A DNA stretch of 63,693 bases, the filler included, from Craspedostauros australis (taxonomy: Eukaryota): assembly GCA_030167865.1 (NCBI GenBank). It is 7 parts of 7 records of this genome, joined end to end, with 100 filler letters (N's around TTAATTAATTAA, not from the genome) between each part and the next. Parts side by side here need not be neighbours in the genome. Positions count along the whole stretch, not along the records: positions 22,756 to 41,454 come from JALAGF010003841.1; 6 more parts are not named here. One strand, given 5' to 3'. Positions within the stretch are counted from its first letter, which is position 1; the number at the start of each line of letters is the position of its first letter. A program made the position numbers and the translations under genes. Shown piece after piece: positions 22,756 through 35,369 of this stretch. Under the pieces are notes generated by a model that made no database searches, was not told where the DNA came from, and was given only the letters and a program-made list of their open reading frames with translations.

Positions 22756-23731
22756 ACTTGATGATGCGACGCTCTTACCTGAGCCAGACAGATCGTCAAG
22801 GACGCCGGTGTCGCAGTTGCACGTCTCTGCGAAGAAATTGCATGTGTTGATGGCGGTGTAGTCGCAGAATGGCGCTTCTTCGTTGACCTGTGCGGTTCCA
22901 TCGCCGTAGAAAGTCGCACCAAAGTTGCGGCACGCGGCGGCGCAGTTGACAGTTGCAGACTGGGTGTCGGGATCGAAACCCGGAGCTGGACAGTCGCATG
23001 AGCTGGGCAGGAATGGGTTATCTCCGATGATGGGGAAGGGGCCGCAGAGCCTGTCGAAGATTTGGTACGCCTGAGAGGGCGGGTCCACGCTGAGAAGCCT
23101 GTCCACGATATCAGGTGGGGAGAAATTGACCATGAGAGTACCCATGAAGGCGTCGCCTTCGCAGTATAGGCTGACGCTGTCAGTTGCGAAGTTGAAGGCG
23201 TTGACATCGAGGGGGCATCCCGTGCACTCGATGTTGGGAAATTTGGGGAAGCCACAGTAGCCATTGAGACTGACGAGCGCGGCATCTACTCCGTTCTGCA
23301 GATTGCGATCGTGGTGGGCGGCAGCACGGCGTTGCACATTGTCGTCCTTGCTTGCCGAGATGGAAGCTGGAGTCTGCACGCACAATCCGCTGTTGGCATC
23401 AGCTGTCAGCAACGGGATGCAGGTGAAGTCGGCGGGGCATCCGGAAGCCGCTGACAGGATTCCTGTGTCGGTGGTCTGTGCCACAGTTGGATCGCACTCT
23501 ACCTTTGCGAGGCTTGGAGCCTTCTTGGCCTTGTTGGAGGGGGCGTTCTGGAGGTCCACCTTTTGGGCAGTCTTCTCGTAGAGACCCATGAACTCAGGGC
23601 CTTTCGGCTTGTTTGGGACCTTGGTTTTGAGCTCCTCCCTGATTTGTTTGGCGAAGAGGCGGCCGTCTTCGGCGACCTGATCGCGGGTCTTGGTGCTCTG
23701 CCGGCCCCAGATCTTGTTGACGTTGCGGCTG
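22756..23731 (-). repeat. Inverted copy of positions 1-976 (probable contig overlap)
   Basis: Both ends match (1<->23731; 976<->22756) and the ORF translations are identical. Confidence 0.95.
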
Positions 23732-23847
23732 NCGCTGCGGTCCTTGCGGGAGATGCGCTTGCTGCTCTCAGCATCCGCGCGTCCCATGGCGCCGCTGATG
23801 ACCAGCGACAGCTGGGTGAAGAAGCTGATGGATCCTTGGAAGTGCAT
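22779..23847 (-). CDS. First exon of the secreted Cys-rich glycoprotein that continues at 1159-2513
   Basis: ATG at 23847 gives the signal-peptide-like MHFQGSISFFTQLSLVISGAMGRADA, in frame with the sequence shared with 1-953. The donor site corresponds to 22778. Confidence 0.75.
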
Positions 23848-25166
23848 GGTGTCGTTTGTGTGCTTTGCTTTGCGTTTGCAGGTTCTTGTCTCTGTGTGTT
23901 GGATGTACTTGCGATCTGTGCTCTTTCGATTTTGTGTCAGAGTGTTGCTCCACTGTCTTGCTCTTGAGAGATGGCTGTATCCGCAAACAAGTGCGCCGAG
24001 ATGCGCGGATTGTGGTTTGCCAAACAAGAACGGATGTGCGTGCACTTCCGCTAGTTGTCTTGGCGTCGCACCAACGTGTATCTTCCGCTTTGTCCATCCA
24101 AAGAAAAGCACAAGGTGACAACAGATCCTTCGTCGGAGTTGTTGGCCGCACGCGTGCTCGTGTGCTCCAAGTTGCGCACAACATCACACACAAAGATCGC
24201 AAAGCTCCCGAGCCAAACGGAGTCAACGGCACGAGCGAAACACGAAACAAAGAACAACAATCACGGACAAGGAGGATCACAGAGACACGACACTTTGAAC
24301 ACAGGTATCCACCACGCGCTCGCACGGCGATCGGAAATTGCGAGGTTTAAATTTTGATATTTCGGTGATGTCCTGGTGGCGACAAACGACAGAGTGCATG
24401 GCGTGATTTGTCATTGGAACTTCCAGCCATCGGCATCTTGCCCAATCAATCAACGCACAAACATCCTTGACGTTGTCGAGCGTCAGATTGTGTCGCTCGG
24501 CAATCTGTTCTCTAACGGCCGAATCTTCTTCAGATTCGTCAGTTTCGTCAGCAAACTTCCTCGTTGTTCTCAGAGGCGCGACTGTGTTGCAACTCGCTCA
24601 AAGATATTTGGGTCAGACGCGCAAACACCAGTCCGTGTCGTTTGGTTTCTCTGCGTACGACATCACACGTAGAACGTTGCGGTAATTCACTATTATCTGT
24701 ATAATCTGATATCATCGAAAAACTTGTTGATTGTTCTTTGAATTGGACGTTATTTATGACGCTACCGTTGTTGAAGTCGATCGAATCAACTATTTGAACA
24801 CAACATGGGAATCCGGAATCTCGGAAGCAGATCGAAAGCTGATGAACCCAGCAACAGGTGAAGAATGCTGAAACAACCACCAACAAACGCCACGATACGA
24901 GTGGAGACAACTACAACGATGACCATGGCGCAAGCCGCCGTGGTGGGTGTTTGGACAATGCGGATTCCGGACGACGGCGGAAGGAAGCCCACACAGAGAT
25001 CTTTTCCGGTTGGATAGCACACAACCCACCACGCCACACCAACAGCACCAACAACAGCATATAAATACCCACAGGCATACTCTGGAGCAGCGACCATCGC
25101 AGTGTTGGACGCATCGATTGAGATCAACAGCTACTTAGACGACGATACGAACAAGACAGAGACATC

Positions 25167-27416
25167 ATGTCGATGAAGCCAGGCATCATCCTTCTGCGAG
25201 AAGGAACCGATTCCTCGCAGGTGAGCGTTATGCCTGGGATCATGTTGCGGCTGTTACTTGTGTTGCGTCTGTGTCATGCGTCTGTGCCATGCGTGTGCTT
25301 CCGTAATGCTGATGCTGATGCTGATAGCATTCACAGTGAATGAGCGAGGGGAGGGGACGAATGAGATCAAGGCTGAGACTGGGCTTGTGGATGGCCAAAA
25401 GAATGACGACAGCAATGACAACAACATGAACACTTGCGATTGCGATGGCCACGATGGTCTTGTTGCAACTGCATGACTCAATCGCACAATGCATGTCTCC
25501 TGCAAGTGCCATGCAGAGGGCACGACACTCGACTCCATTTATCTACCCGCACACTCACACTCACATCCAAACCCGCCGCCCCAATGCAATGCACTCCAAT
25601 GGAATTCAATGGAACGGAATAATACACACCATTATGCCATTTGCGCTAAAAATCGAAATCGAATGTCGGAATCATGACAAAGTAGGGAACACCACAACTC
25701 GTCAGCAACATCAATGCCTGCCAGGCTGTCGCCGACGCCGTCCGCACAACCCTGGGACCCAGAGGAATGGATAAGTTGGTGGCAGGCGGAGCCACGCAGA
25801 ACACGGTCACCATCAGCAATGACGGTGCCACCATCATGAAGCTCCTGGAGATTGCGCATCCCGCAGCCAAGACTCTCGTGGATATCTCCATGAGTCAGGA
25901 CATGAGCGTCGGGGACGGAACTACTTCCGTCGTTCTGCTCGCCGCCGAGTTGCTCACCAAGTGCAAGCCGCTGGTCGAGGAGGGCATGCCACCGACACGC
26001 ATCATGCAGGTGCTGCGAGAGACGGGCCGCAAGGCTGTGGCGCACGTTCAAAAGTGCGCGGTGGCACCCAACCAGGAAACCATGTTGCTCAAATGCGCCA
26101 GCACGGCGCTCAACTCCAAACTCATCTCCAGCCACCAGGACCTCTTCTCCCCCATGGTGGTGAAATCAGTCACGCAGTGCTACGAAGCCGGTAAGATCGA
26201 CCACGTCAATGACCTGGTCGCCATCAAGCAGGTCCCAGGTGGTGATGTGCGATCCTCCTTCATGGTGCCCAGCGGTGTTGCGTTCCCAAAAACATTCTCG
26301 TACGCTGGATTCGAGCAGATGCCAAAGCATTTCACAACTCCCAAAATTCTGCTTCTCAACGTCGAGCTAGAACTCAAGAGCGAGAAAGAGAATGCCGAAG
26401 TGCGAATCTCCAATCCGGAGGATTACCAATCCATCGTCGATGCAGAATGGCAGGTCATATACGACAAGCTCGATCAGTGCGTTGCGTCGGGTGCCAACAT
26501 CGTGCTGAGCAAGCTCCCCATCGGTGATCTTGCCACACAGTACTTTGCGGACAGAGGCTTGTTCTGTGCAGGCCGCGTTCCGGATGCCGATCTCAAGCGT
26601 GTGGCGCAGGCCACCAACGGCGTGGTGCAAACCACGACAAACGGTCTCACAGAGTCCGTTCTGGGAGCATGCGGAAAATTCGAGGAGAAGCGGGTGGGCG
26701 ATGAACGATTCAACCTCTTCACGGAATGTCCTTCGCATTTGACGTGCACCATCGTACTTCGTGGAGGAACTGAGCAATTCATCGCAGAATCGGAGCGCTC
26801 CATCCATGATGCCCTCATGGTGGTGCAGCGGGCCATCCAATCAAAGACCATCGTTGCCGGAGGTGGTGCCATCGAGATGTCGATCGCCGAGCTGCTCCGC
26901 CAGTTCGCGCTCACGGTCGAAGGCAAGGAGCAGCTGATAGTGACGGCATTCTCAAAAGCGCTCGAAGTGATCCCCCGACAGCTGTGTGACAATGCCGGTT
27001 TGAGCGCAACCGACGTGCTGGCCGCGTTGAGAAAGCAACATGCGGCGCACTACAGGCAGCAGCAGGACAGCGGCACAGACGAATGCTGCTGGTACGGTGT
27101 GAATATTGAGGAGGGCGGCATCGTCGATACCTTCGAGCTTGGCGTTTGGGAACCCAGCGACAACAAGTTCCATTCCCTGGAGGCCGCGACGGAAGCCGCT
27201 TGCGTGATTCTGTCAATCGATGAGACTGTGATCGCGCCACCATCGCAAGACCCAGGCGCGCAGGCCACCGGCATGATGAGCGGAGGCGGGGGCGGCAACG
27301 CGGGAGCCATGAGCTCCATGATGGGCAACGCCATGGACATTGCCAACAGCAGCGGACCAAGAAGCGGGCAGCTCGGACCTGGCGTGTCCTACATGAAGGG
27401 CAGAGGTGGAGCCTAA
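25167..27416 (+). CDS. CCT7: T-complex protein 1 subunit eta; join(25167..25220,25686..27416)
   Basis: Exon 1 MSMKPGIILLREGTDSSQ|GTGAGC, intron ending TAG at 25685, exon 2 GTPQLVSNINACQAVADAVRTTLGPRGMDK. GDGTTSV motif and eta-specific KTFSYAGFEQ and IGDLATQYFADR. Confidence 0.95.
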
Positions 27417-27800
27417 ACCATCCGTACGATATGTAGCATCTTGCTTTGCTCTCTCTAGAGGTGTAGTCGTACGGGTGCTGCATGACCATGAGTCGTTGAC
27501 GGCATCGCGGAGTAGAGGAGGATCGCATCTCGCTTGGTTGGGTCTCTCGTTGTCATTGTTGTTGCCAACAATCGTGTTTGGATTCTCACAGTGTCTGCTG
27601 CCGATTCGTCCGACCACAGTTGCCATGACTGGAGGCGAAAAATTGTGCCCAACAGTCATTTGCCGCCAACGGTCACATCGTGTTGATGACGGCAAGAAGG
27701 CAAAATGCGACAGAGTTGGAGCAAGAACGAAAGACAGGAGCATCCGCAGAGAACACAAACAAAGAGAGAAGAGGAGAGAGACATCCAACTGGAACCGACG

Positions 27801-29941
27801 ATGGGATCGCAAGACGAAGGCAAGGACAAGGCGACCGACCCCGGCAGCCGCCGCGCCAAGCGACAACAGCGCCGTCGCGACAATGCGGTCGCGGCCAACA
27901 AGCAGCCCACGCAGATCGTGTGCACGAAGAGCGCGCTGTACAGCACGAAGAACTCCGTCGAGCTGGGGGCGGTGGTGAGCATGGGCATCGTCGCGCTGTA
28001 CCTCTTCGGCTGTCTGGGATCGCTGGTGCACGTCCCGTCCATCCACACGGGACGCATCATCGGCGCCAACCTCAACGTGCCCGTGCTGCAGCGCGATGAG
28101 GACATGCTCTTTGCTCTGCAGGAGGGCACCGTCACGCTGGGCGATCGCGGTCTGTCCGGCATTCCGACGGCCGTGTGGCCCGTTTCTCTGCGCGATGAAG
28201 GCGAGGACCGAGTGGAGACCATCCCGCATCCCGCCGACGACAACGTCCAGCTCACGGTGCCCCGGTTCTGGTCCAAGCCGCTGCACAACAACAAGCTCTT
28301 CACGCGGGAGCAGGCCATGGCCGTCGGGTCGTGCGCCACGCCGGATCCCAACACCGGATCCTTCGTGCGCGGCACGGACTGTCCTGCCGATCAGCGCACC
28401 ATCTTTGTGGCGATCGCGTCGTACCGTGATTTCCAGTGCCGACAGACGGTGGAATCCATCTTCACGAGAGCCTCGAATCCGGATCGCATACGAATTGGTG
28501 GGTATTACTGTTGCATGTGCTTGTGATATACATGTGATGGAATGGAGTGACATGGAGATGCCGCGACTGCGGATCATGAGGGCAAATGCTTTCTCACCGA
28601 ATCAAGATGATCCAAGTGGCAAGCGAGCATCGTCTGCCAATTCAACCATGCCATACCATACCATACCATACCATATCTATTTGGGGAGTGACAGTCCCTG
28701 CACACGACATCACGCACAGCACAGCACACAACATGACAATCATTCTGACTCTTTGATTTCAACTTGTTTGCTTTCGCTCTCGCACACGCACGCACACACA
28801 CACACTTCTCCTTGGTCGATCTTTGCTGATTACGCTATCCCGCAATACTATCCGTACCTTCCCAACTCGTCGCATCGCCTTGTTACCATCCCTTCAATCC
28901 ATTCAATGAGCAGGCGTTGTCGACCAGATTGTGGCTGGAGAAGACCCCGTGTGCAACGAACCGATGAGACCGTGCGAAGAGGCACCGCAGCAGGCCCTGT
29001 GCAAGTACCAGGATCAGGTCGACGTCTTCCAGATGGAGGCCCAGCTCTCCGTCGGTCCGGTCTTCGCCAGGCACATCGGACACCGCATGTACCGCGGAGA
29101 GTACTATTCGACGCAATCGGATGCGCACGTCACCTACACCAAGGACTGGGACAAGGATATCATCGATCAGATGGAGCAGAGTCACAATGAGATGGCCGTC
29201 CTCACGACCTACCTCACGGACGTTCAGGGATCCATCTCGCCGGAGGGAAGATCGTTGCGGAAAACAAGACCCATCATGTGCAACACGTACTACGAGGGCG
29301 GTGTCCAGGGCATGCACCTGCGACATGGAAGTCAGCCAGAGCGTTTCCCAAGCATCCGCGGATCCCCGCAGCTGGCACCGTGGTGGGCTGCCGGATACTC
29401 CTTCTCGCGAGGCCATTTCGTGGTCAACGTTCCATACGATCAATACCAGCCGATGATCTTTCAGGGTGAAGAGATGAGCATCGGTATTCGTGGATACACG
29501 ATTGGGTACGACTTTTACGCGCCGGAGCGCTCGGTTTGCTTTCACCACTACGCCGTTGGCAAGAATGCCGCGGTCCGCAACAAGGTCAAGCACTTTTGGG
29601 AGAATGGAGACCGCTACAAGGGGGTCGGAAAGAAGGCCATGGCTCGCTTGCTCGGCATCGTTCACATGAACCCCGAAACGCCGCGATCGTCGTGGGATCA
29701 CAAGGAGGAGGATATGTACGGCATCGGCGCGGTGCGAGAACCGGAGCAATTCTACAAGATCTTTGGAATCAACGTCGTCGACAAGGAGACGCAGGGCCAT
29801 CTCTGCAAGTTCGTGGATGACAATGGTCGCATGCACAAGGAGTTCACAAAGTATCTGCGACAGGACGGAATGGGAATCGATTACACGAACATCCACTCCG
29901 AATGGGTCGATCCCACGCCGAATGAGAAGCACTTCAAGTAG
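27801..29941 (+). CDS. GT60-family alpha-GlcNAc transferase (Gnt1/Gnt2-like) with N-terminal TM; join(27801..28497,28914..29941)
   Basis: TIFVAIASYRD and RIRIG|VVDQ across an in-frame phase-1 intron (28498 GT..AG 28913). Also GPVFARH, QSDAH (DxH), WAAGYSFS, PYD and FQGEE. Confidence 0.9.
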
Positions 29942-30259
29942 GAGCAGGAATTAATGCGACAGCAGTGGTGATGGGCGTACGATACGGCATTGTGCAAATG
30001 TCTTCCCTGGGTCGCACTCGGAGTAGGCGTCAGATGATTTCCCATGCGACCACGCCAGAGCATATCTTGCGGAGCAAACAGCGACGGGACACAAACAGCC
30101 ACATTGGTTCGTCTGATGCATTGAACAATCCAATCTAATCCATATTTCAACGCAACGGATACTTGTGTCATCTATGATACGACCCGGTTACTCTAGGAAG
30201 CGTGCATCTGAGCCGTAATGACTTTTATGACCTATCTGAAACTTTGCACACAGATAGAC

Positions 30260-30312
30260 CTATAGGTGGAGGGCTACTGTGTGAAATATTGCCCCCCCTA
30301 CGAGCATTATTA
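30260..30312 (+). repeat. Left terminal inverted repeat (53 bp including the outer CTATA)
   Basis: CTATAGGTGGAGGGCTACTGTGTGAAATATTGCCCCCCCTACGAGCATTATTA. Confidence 0.92.
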
Positions 30313-31295
30313 TAAAAGTTATAAGCATCTAGGCTAACCTCTACACGCCGGCCGCGCCACAAGATACCCTCGCAGTGGCCCGTCTTAAATTATTTTAGAG
30401 TCGACTCCGATATCGCCCGTCAAGCCAAGGATGTTGTGGGTTTAGAAGACAACATGTGTCCAAACCTGGATGGCTTGGCTTTTGAACGTCGTACACATGG
30501 TCGGAAGACAGTCTCAGTCGACGTTCTCCAGACGTTTTCCACACACATCTTTCCAGATCCTCGTACCGCGGATAGACGTGGAATTGCCTTCTTCAATTTC
30601 CTGGGCTTCTCGATTTCGCTTCGATCGAAGTCATCGATGTTCGAATTCCTTCTTGTGGGAAAAGGATTCTTCATTTTCGTTTCGGCTTGTGGGTTGGCAT
30701 GCTCTTTCTTCGGTTGTGCGGACGTTAACAGTTGAGAATGTCCCATCTGTCCACAACTTTCGTCTCATGCTTCCTTAAATGAACTCTTGTCTTCCTGTGA
30801 CAAATGCATACGTCGTTGACTTTGTTGCCAGAGAGGACGGGTGGCCTACCAAACGAACTGTGTGTCGAATTGATGGCTCTCGACCAGATCGATCAAGTGT
30901 CGAATTGGATTTTGGGAGGGTCTTCTTGTGTCTCTGGAGGTGGCTCTTGGGCTCCCGCTTGCAACACACAACACGTCTTGAGATGCCGAAATCATCAAGT
31001 CGTGCAGTTTGGAAGAGCCAGCCCACTGGCTGATGACAGATGTTCACACAGAGAAAGCAGACTTGTTCGCCGTCGTTCTTGTTGGGGTGGAAGCAAATGC
31101 GTTTTCGCAGTCATTTGGTCTCGTCGATCTTTTGCTATTCCACACGCAAGCACGATGTCCAACGCACTGCAACGTTCATTGAGGACGAGCGCCCTGGTGG
31201 GCTGTATTCACAACAAAGGAGAGGCATCCAACGCCGCAATACGACTACCATCGAAGCACAGCATCAACGGAACATCCGAAAGTGACATCCGAGCA

Positions 31296-31630
31296 TGACA
31301 CCCTAACATGACATCATGGCATGGCATCGCAGAATGGCATCGACGCATGACATCACAGCATGGCATCATAGAATGGCAGATCATCACGGCATGGTATCGC
31401 ACCACAAGATGGTATCACAACATGGCATCACAAAATGGCACAACGGCATGGCGTCGCCGCACAGCGTCACGGCATGGCATCACAGCATGGCATCGCAGAA
31501 TGCCATCGCAGCACAGCATCACAACATGGCGTCATGGCATGTCATCACAACATGGCATCAAGGCAGCGCATCACGGCATGGCGTCACGGCATGCCATCAC
31601 AGCATGACATCACAGCATGCCATCACAGCT
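31296..31630. repeat. Degenerate 13-bp minisatellite, consensus ~GGCATCACAGCAT, roughly 25 copies
   Basis: Recurrent catcacagcatgg / cgtcacggcatgg variants. Confidence 0.85.
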
Positions 31631-31739
31631 CTCTTATGTTGGATGATTGACAGACAGTGTGGGATACAATCCTCGCTGTTCAGTCATTTGACATGCAGTC
31701 AGATCGCCCTGCCCAATCTGAACCCAGCACGCGATCGCA

Positions 31740-34700
31740 CAACACACTTGAGCACACAGGGTGAGAGATGAAGGGATGATGGTGAATGTTGTCCTCGTCA
31801 CCGAATGAGTCCACTGGCGTTCGAGCACTCAACACAACATCAACAGAGCTCAGCACATGAAGCATGCTGTGAGAGACGCAGAGGGGCTGTTCGATGTAAC
31901 CCCCATCGCGAAGTGGATCTGTTACCCAACATCACGACGATCCTCAGCATGGCACAGCACATGCAAGCACATTTTCAGAGAGGGAGGCAAGGTGTGTGCA
32001 ATGCCATCTCCAACACAGAACATCACACACCACAACAAGGCCAGAGATGGGTGGGCGCGGGCGAATGTGATCGTCACAGCAAGATGAATCCGTTGCGGTT
32101 TGATCACCCTGCACACACATGAACACAGCACATCCAACGTGAGCACATGGCGAGAGATAGAGGGGTGCTGTGATAGGCGATTCTCTCCTTGGAGCGAGAG
32201 AGTCTATCCTGAGTTTGGATCACGTTGCATGCCATCAATGCAGACCAGCATAGGCCACTCCATGCAAACCAACCACACGTGACTACAAGGTCAGAGATGG
32301 ATGGACGTTATTGCATATGATCACCGCACAGCGACTGGAGATGCGGTTGGGTCACCCTACGCAGCACCAACATAGCACAGTTGGCACATCACATTTGAGC
32401 ACACATGGTCGCGTGTGGAGAGGCGCTCTCTGATACAATCACAACTGCGAAGTGGATCACCCTGCATATGGATCACACTGAGCATGGATCACCCAGCACA
32501 GCCTGCCACAACACATGACATCAAGCAAAAGACTGAGAATGGGGGACACTGTTGGATGCGATCCGCGATGGGCAATGAATGAGTTCGTACAGAGGTCGCC
32601 ACGCAGAGGCCACCATGCATATCACATCCAAGTACATGGTCGGATATGGAGAGGCACTCTCGGATGTCATCACAACTGCACAATGAAGGATCAACCTGTG
32701 CACCATCCATGCAGCCCATCACATGCGAGTACATCACTCGCGGAAACATCACAAACGAGCACATGGTCACAGAGGGATGGGCGATGTCGGATGCCACCTT
32801 CGCTGCAACGTAAATTCGCTGTGCTTGGACCGCTCCGCGCACTGCCAACACATAATCAACATCCGCGAGCACATGTTCGAAGATACAGAGACGAGTTCGG
32901 ATGTGATTGTTGCTGCAAAGTGAACCGCGCCACGGTTGGAGCACCCAGTGCGACACACTCAAACACATGGTGGGTGGTACATGGAGGGATGCTGCAAGCT
33001 GTTGATGTGATCCTCACTGCAAGGTGAATCCAGTGTGAGTTGGATCACCCAGCGCGCACATCGAGACAGGTCACCACGCACAAGCATTGGGTCGGAGATG
33101 CAAGGGCGCTGTCAGATGTGATTGTCACTGCAAAGTGAATGGCCTTGCGCATAGATCACTGTGCACACTGCCAAAAAATGCCATCACATGCGAGAATGCT
33201 AGGAACGAGCACATGTTTGGAGGCGGGTGGACACTGCCAGGTGCCATCTCCGCTGTGAAATGAATCTGCAACGGTTGAATCACCATATGCAACATCGACG
33301 CAGCACACCGCACACGAATGCAGGGTCAGAGACGGGTGAACGCTGTCCCATGCAATCCTTGCTGCAAAATTATTCATCTGCGGTTGGATCATCTGCGGTT
33401 GGATCACCTGACCCACCACCAGCACAAGCTGTCACGCGTCAACACATCACATGCGAGTGCCTGGGGAGAGATGGAGGGATGTTGTTGGATACAATCTCCA
33501 TTGTGCTCCCATTATCAGACAGACACACCAATGCGGCCAACATAGGCCAACATAGCATGCGCAAGCAGAAGACCAGAAATGGAGGGATGCTGTCAGATGT
33601 GGATATGATCCTCACTGCAGAGTGAATCTACTGTGCATGGATCATCTTGCGCACACACCAACACAGCCCACCACACGCCAGCATGTGGTCAATTGGATGG
33701 ATGCGGTGGGAGGCCAACGCACTGCATAAGAAATCACTATGCGTTTGGATCACTTTGGACAACATCAACACGTGACGTCACACGCAAACCTTGTCACACA
33801 CGAGCGCAGGGTCAGCGAAGGTGGGGTGCTATCAGATGTGATAATGACTGCAGAGTGATTCATTCTATGGTTGGATCACTTGGCACGCGCCAATACTGCA
33901 GATCATGCGGGGATGCTGAGTCAGAGATAGATGGCCGCCATCGATGCCATCAAAACTGCAAAGTGGATCCGCTGCGGTTGAATTACCCTACGCGCCACAC
34001 ACCAACACAGCAGAATGCACACGAGCAGATGGTGAGCCACGGAGAGCCGATGTCGGATGCGACCCTCCCTGCTCAGCGCCAGGCCATGCGGATTGCATCG
34101 CTGCAAGCAACATTGACACAGCACAGCACACCACAAGCGAGCATATGGTGATAGATGGAGAGATGCCTGTTTGATTTGATCGTAATTGCGATGCGAATCA
34201 CTGTGCACATGGATCGCCAGTGCGGCATCTGCGCGGCACAACACGGCGGAGCATATGGTCAGAGAAGGAGAGACGCTGTCGGGCGTGATCCTCACTGCGA
34301 GGGGAATCGCTTCGCGGTTGGATCACTCCGCGGTTGGATCACTCCGCGGTTGGATCACTCCGCGGTTGGATCACTCCGCGGTTGAATCACCGGGCGCATC
34401 ACAAGCGAGCACATGATGGGAAATAGACAGACGCCGCCGGACGTGACCGTGACTGCAAAGTGAATCCGCGGTGCATGGGTCATCCTGAGCACGACCGGCA
34501 CAGGCTGTTGTATGTGAATCCGTCACCCACAAGTACAGCGCCAGAGATGGATAGATGCGGTGGGATGTGAATCTCATTGGGCAACGAAGTATCCTGCGTG
34601 CGGATCCTACCCACACAACCCCAACACAGCCAATCACACGCGATCCCATTACACGCGAGCAGATGGTGATAGAAAGAGAGGTGCTGCAGCCAGAGGTGGT

Positions 34701-34880
34701 TCTCATGACGAAGCGAATCTGCTGCGGTTGGATCCTCCAGCGCATCACACACCATCAAAGTACATCAGAGCACATCACAGCACATCAAGCACGCATATGG
34801 TGAAAGATGGAGACACATTGCCGGATGCCGATCAGGGCTCTTCAATGAATCGGCATGCGCTTGCGTCGATGGCAGCACAT
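31740..34880. repeat. Degenerate tandem array of ~27 units, mostly ~110-125 bp
   Basis: Consensus ~GAGCACATGGTCAGAGATGGAGRGACGCTGTCGGATGTGATCCTCACTGCAAAGTGAATCCGCTGCGGTTGGATCAC plus an AC-rich linker. Anchors at e.g. 32141, 32757, 32867, 33207, 33802, 34023, 34139, 34249, 34407 and 34657. Confidence 0.85.
34313..34390. repeat. 16-bp tandem repeat (CGCGGTTGGATCACTC) x~5 nested in the array
   Basis: Four perfect copies from 34313 plus one variant. Confidence 0.95.
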
Positions 34881-35369
34881 GGACACGATACGAGCACGAT
34901 GGCACCATGCAGCACAGCAGGATGTCGCCCCAAAGCACGTCAACACAGTGCAATGGCACAGTGCATTCGTTGCTGAAACGTTGACCCATGTGAGCATCGC
35001 ATGGTACCAAAGCTTAAGAGAAATAGAGCAGATGGAATCGTGTGGAGTGGCTGTGGATTCAAAAGGAGAAAATGGCACTGCGATAAACCCAGAAACGAAA
35101 ATGTCATGGATGTTTTAGTGGCAGCACAGACGACACAAGGACAACACAGCGCTCATCGCCGTTGCGCGGCGCCTGGCACTCCGCACATCACAACGCAACG
35201 CATCACATTCACCCCCTTTCTCCACAATCAATCCATTCGTCAAGCGAAAACACGAGAACAACAGCACCGCCGCTGCCACCACCGCCACCACCAACAACAA
35301 CATCATCATCATTGACACGGCCAACCGTTCTCGCGTTGACTTGGTAGATAGGACTCTTCTCTCTCGGAT

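Noticed and set aside
1..23731. 976-bp inverted repeat as the ends of a giant TIR or Polinton-like element
   Set aside because: Copies end at contig edges, lie within an ordinary gene and stop inside its intron, which fits assembly overlap. The same applies to 54609-59196.
31740..34880. Repeat array as a CRISPR or guide-RNA array
   Set aside because: Cores are long and highly divergent, linkers are low-complexity and related to each other, and no cas or other nuclease gene is adjacent. Kept only as an unexplained array.
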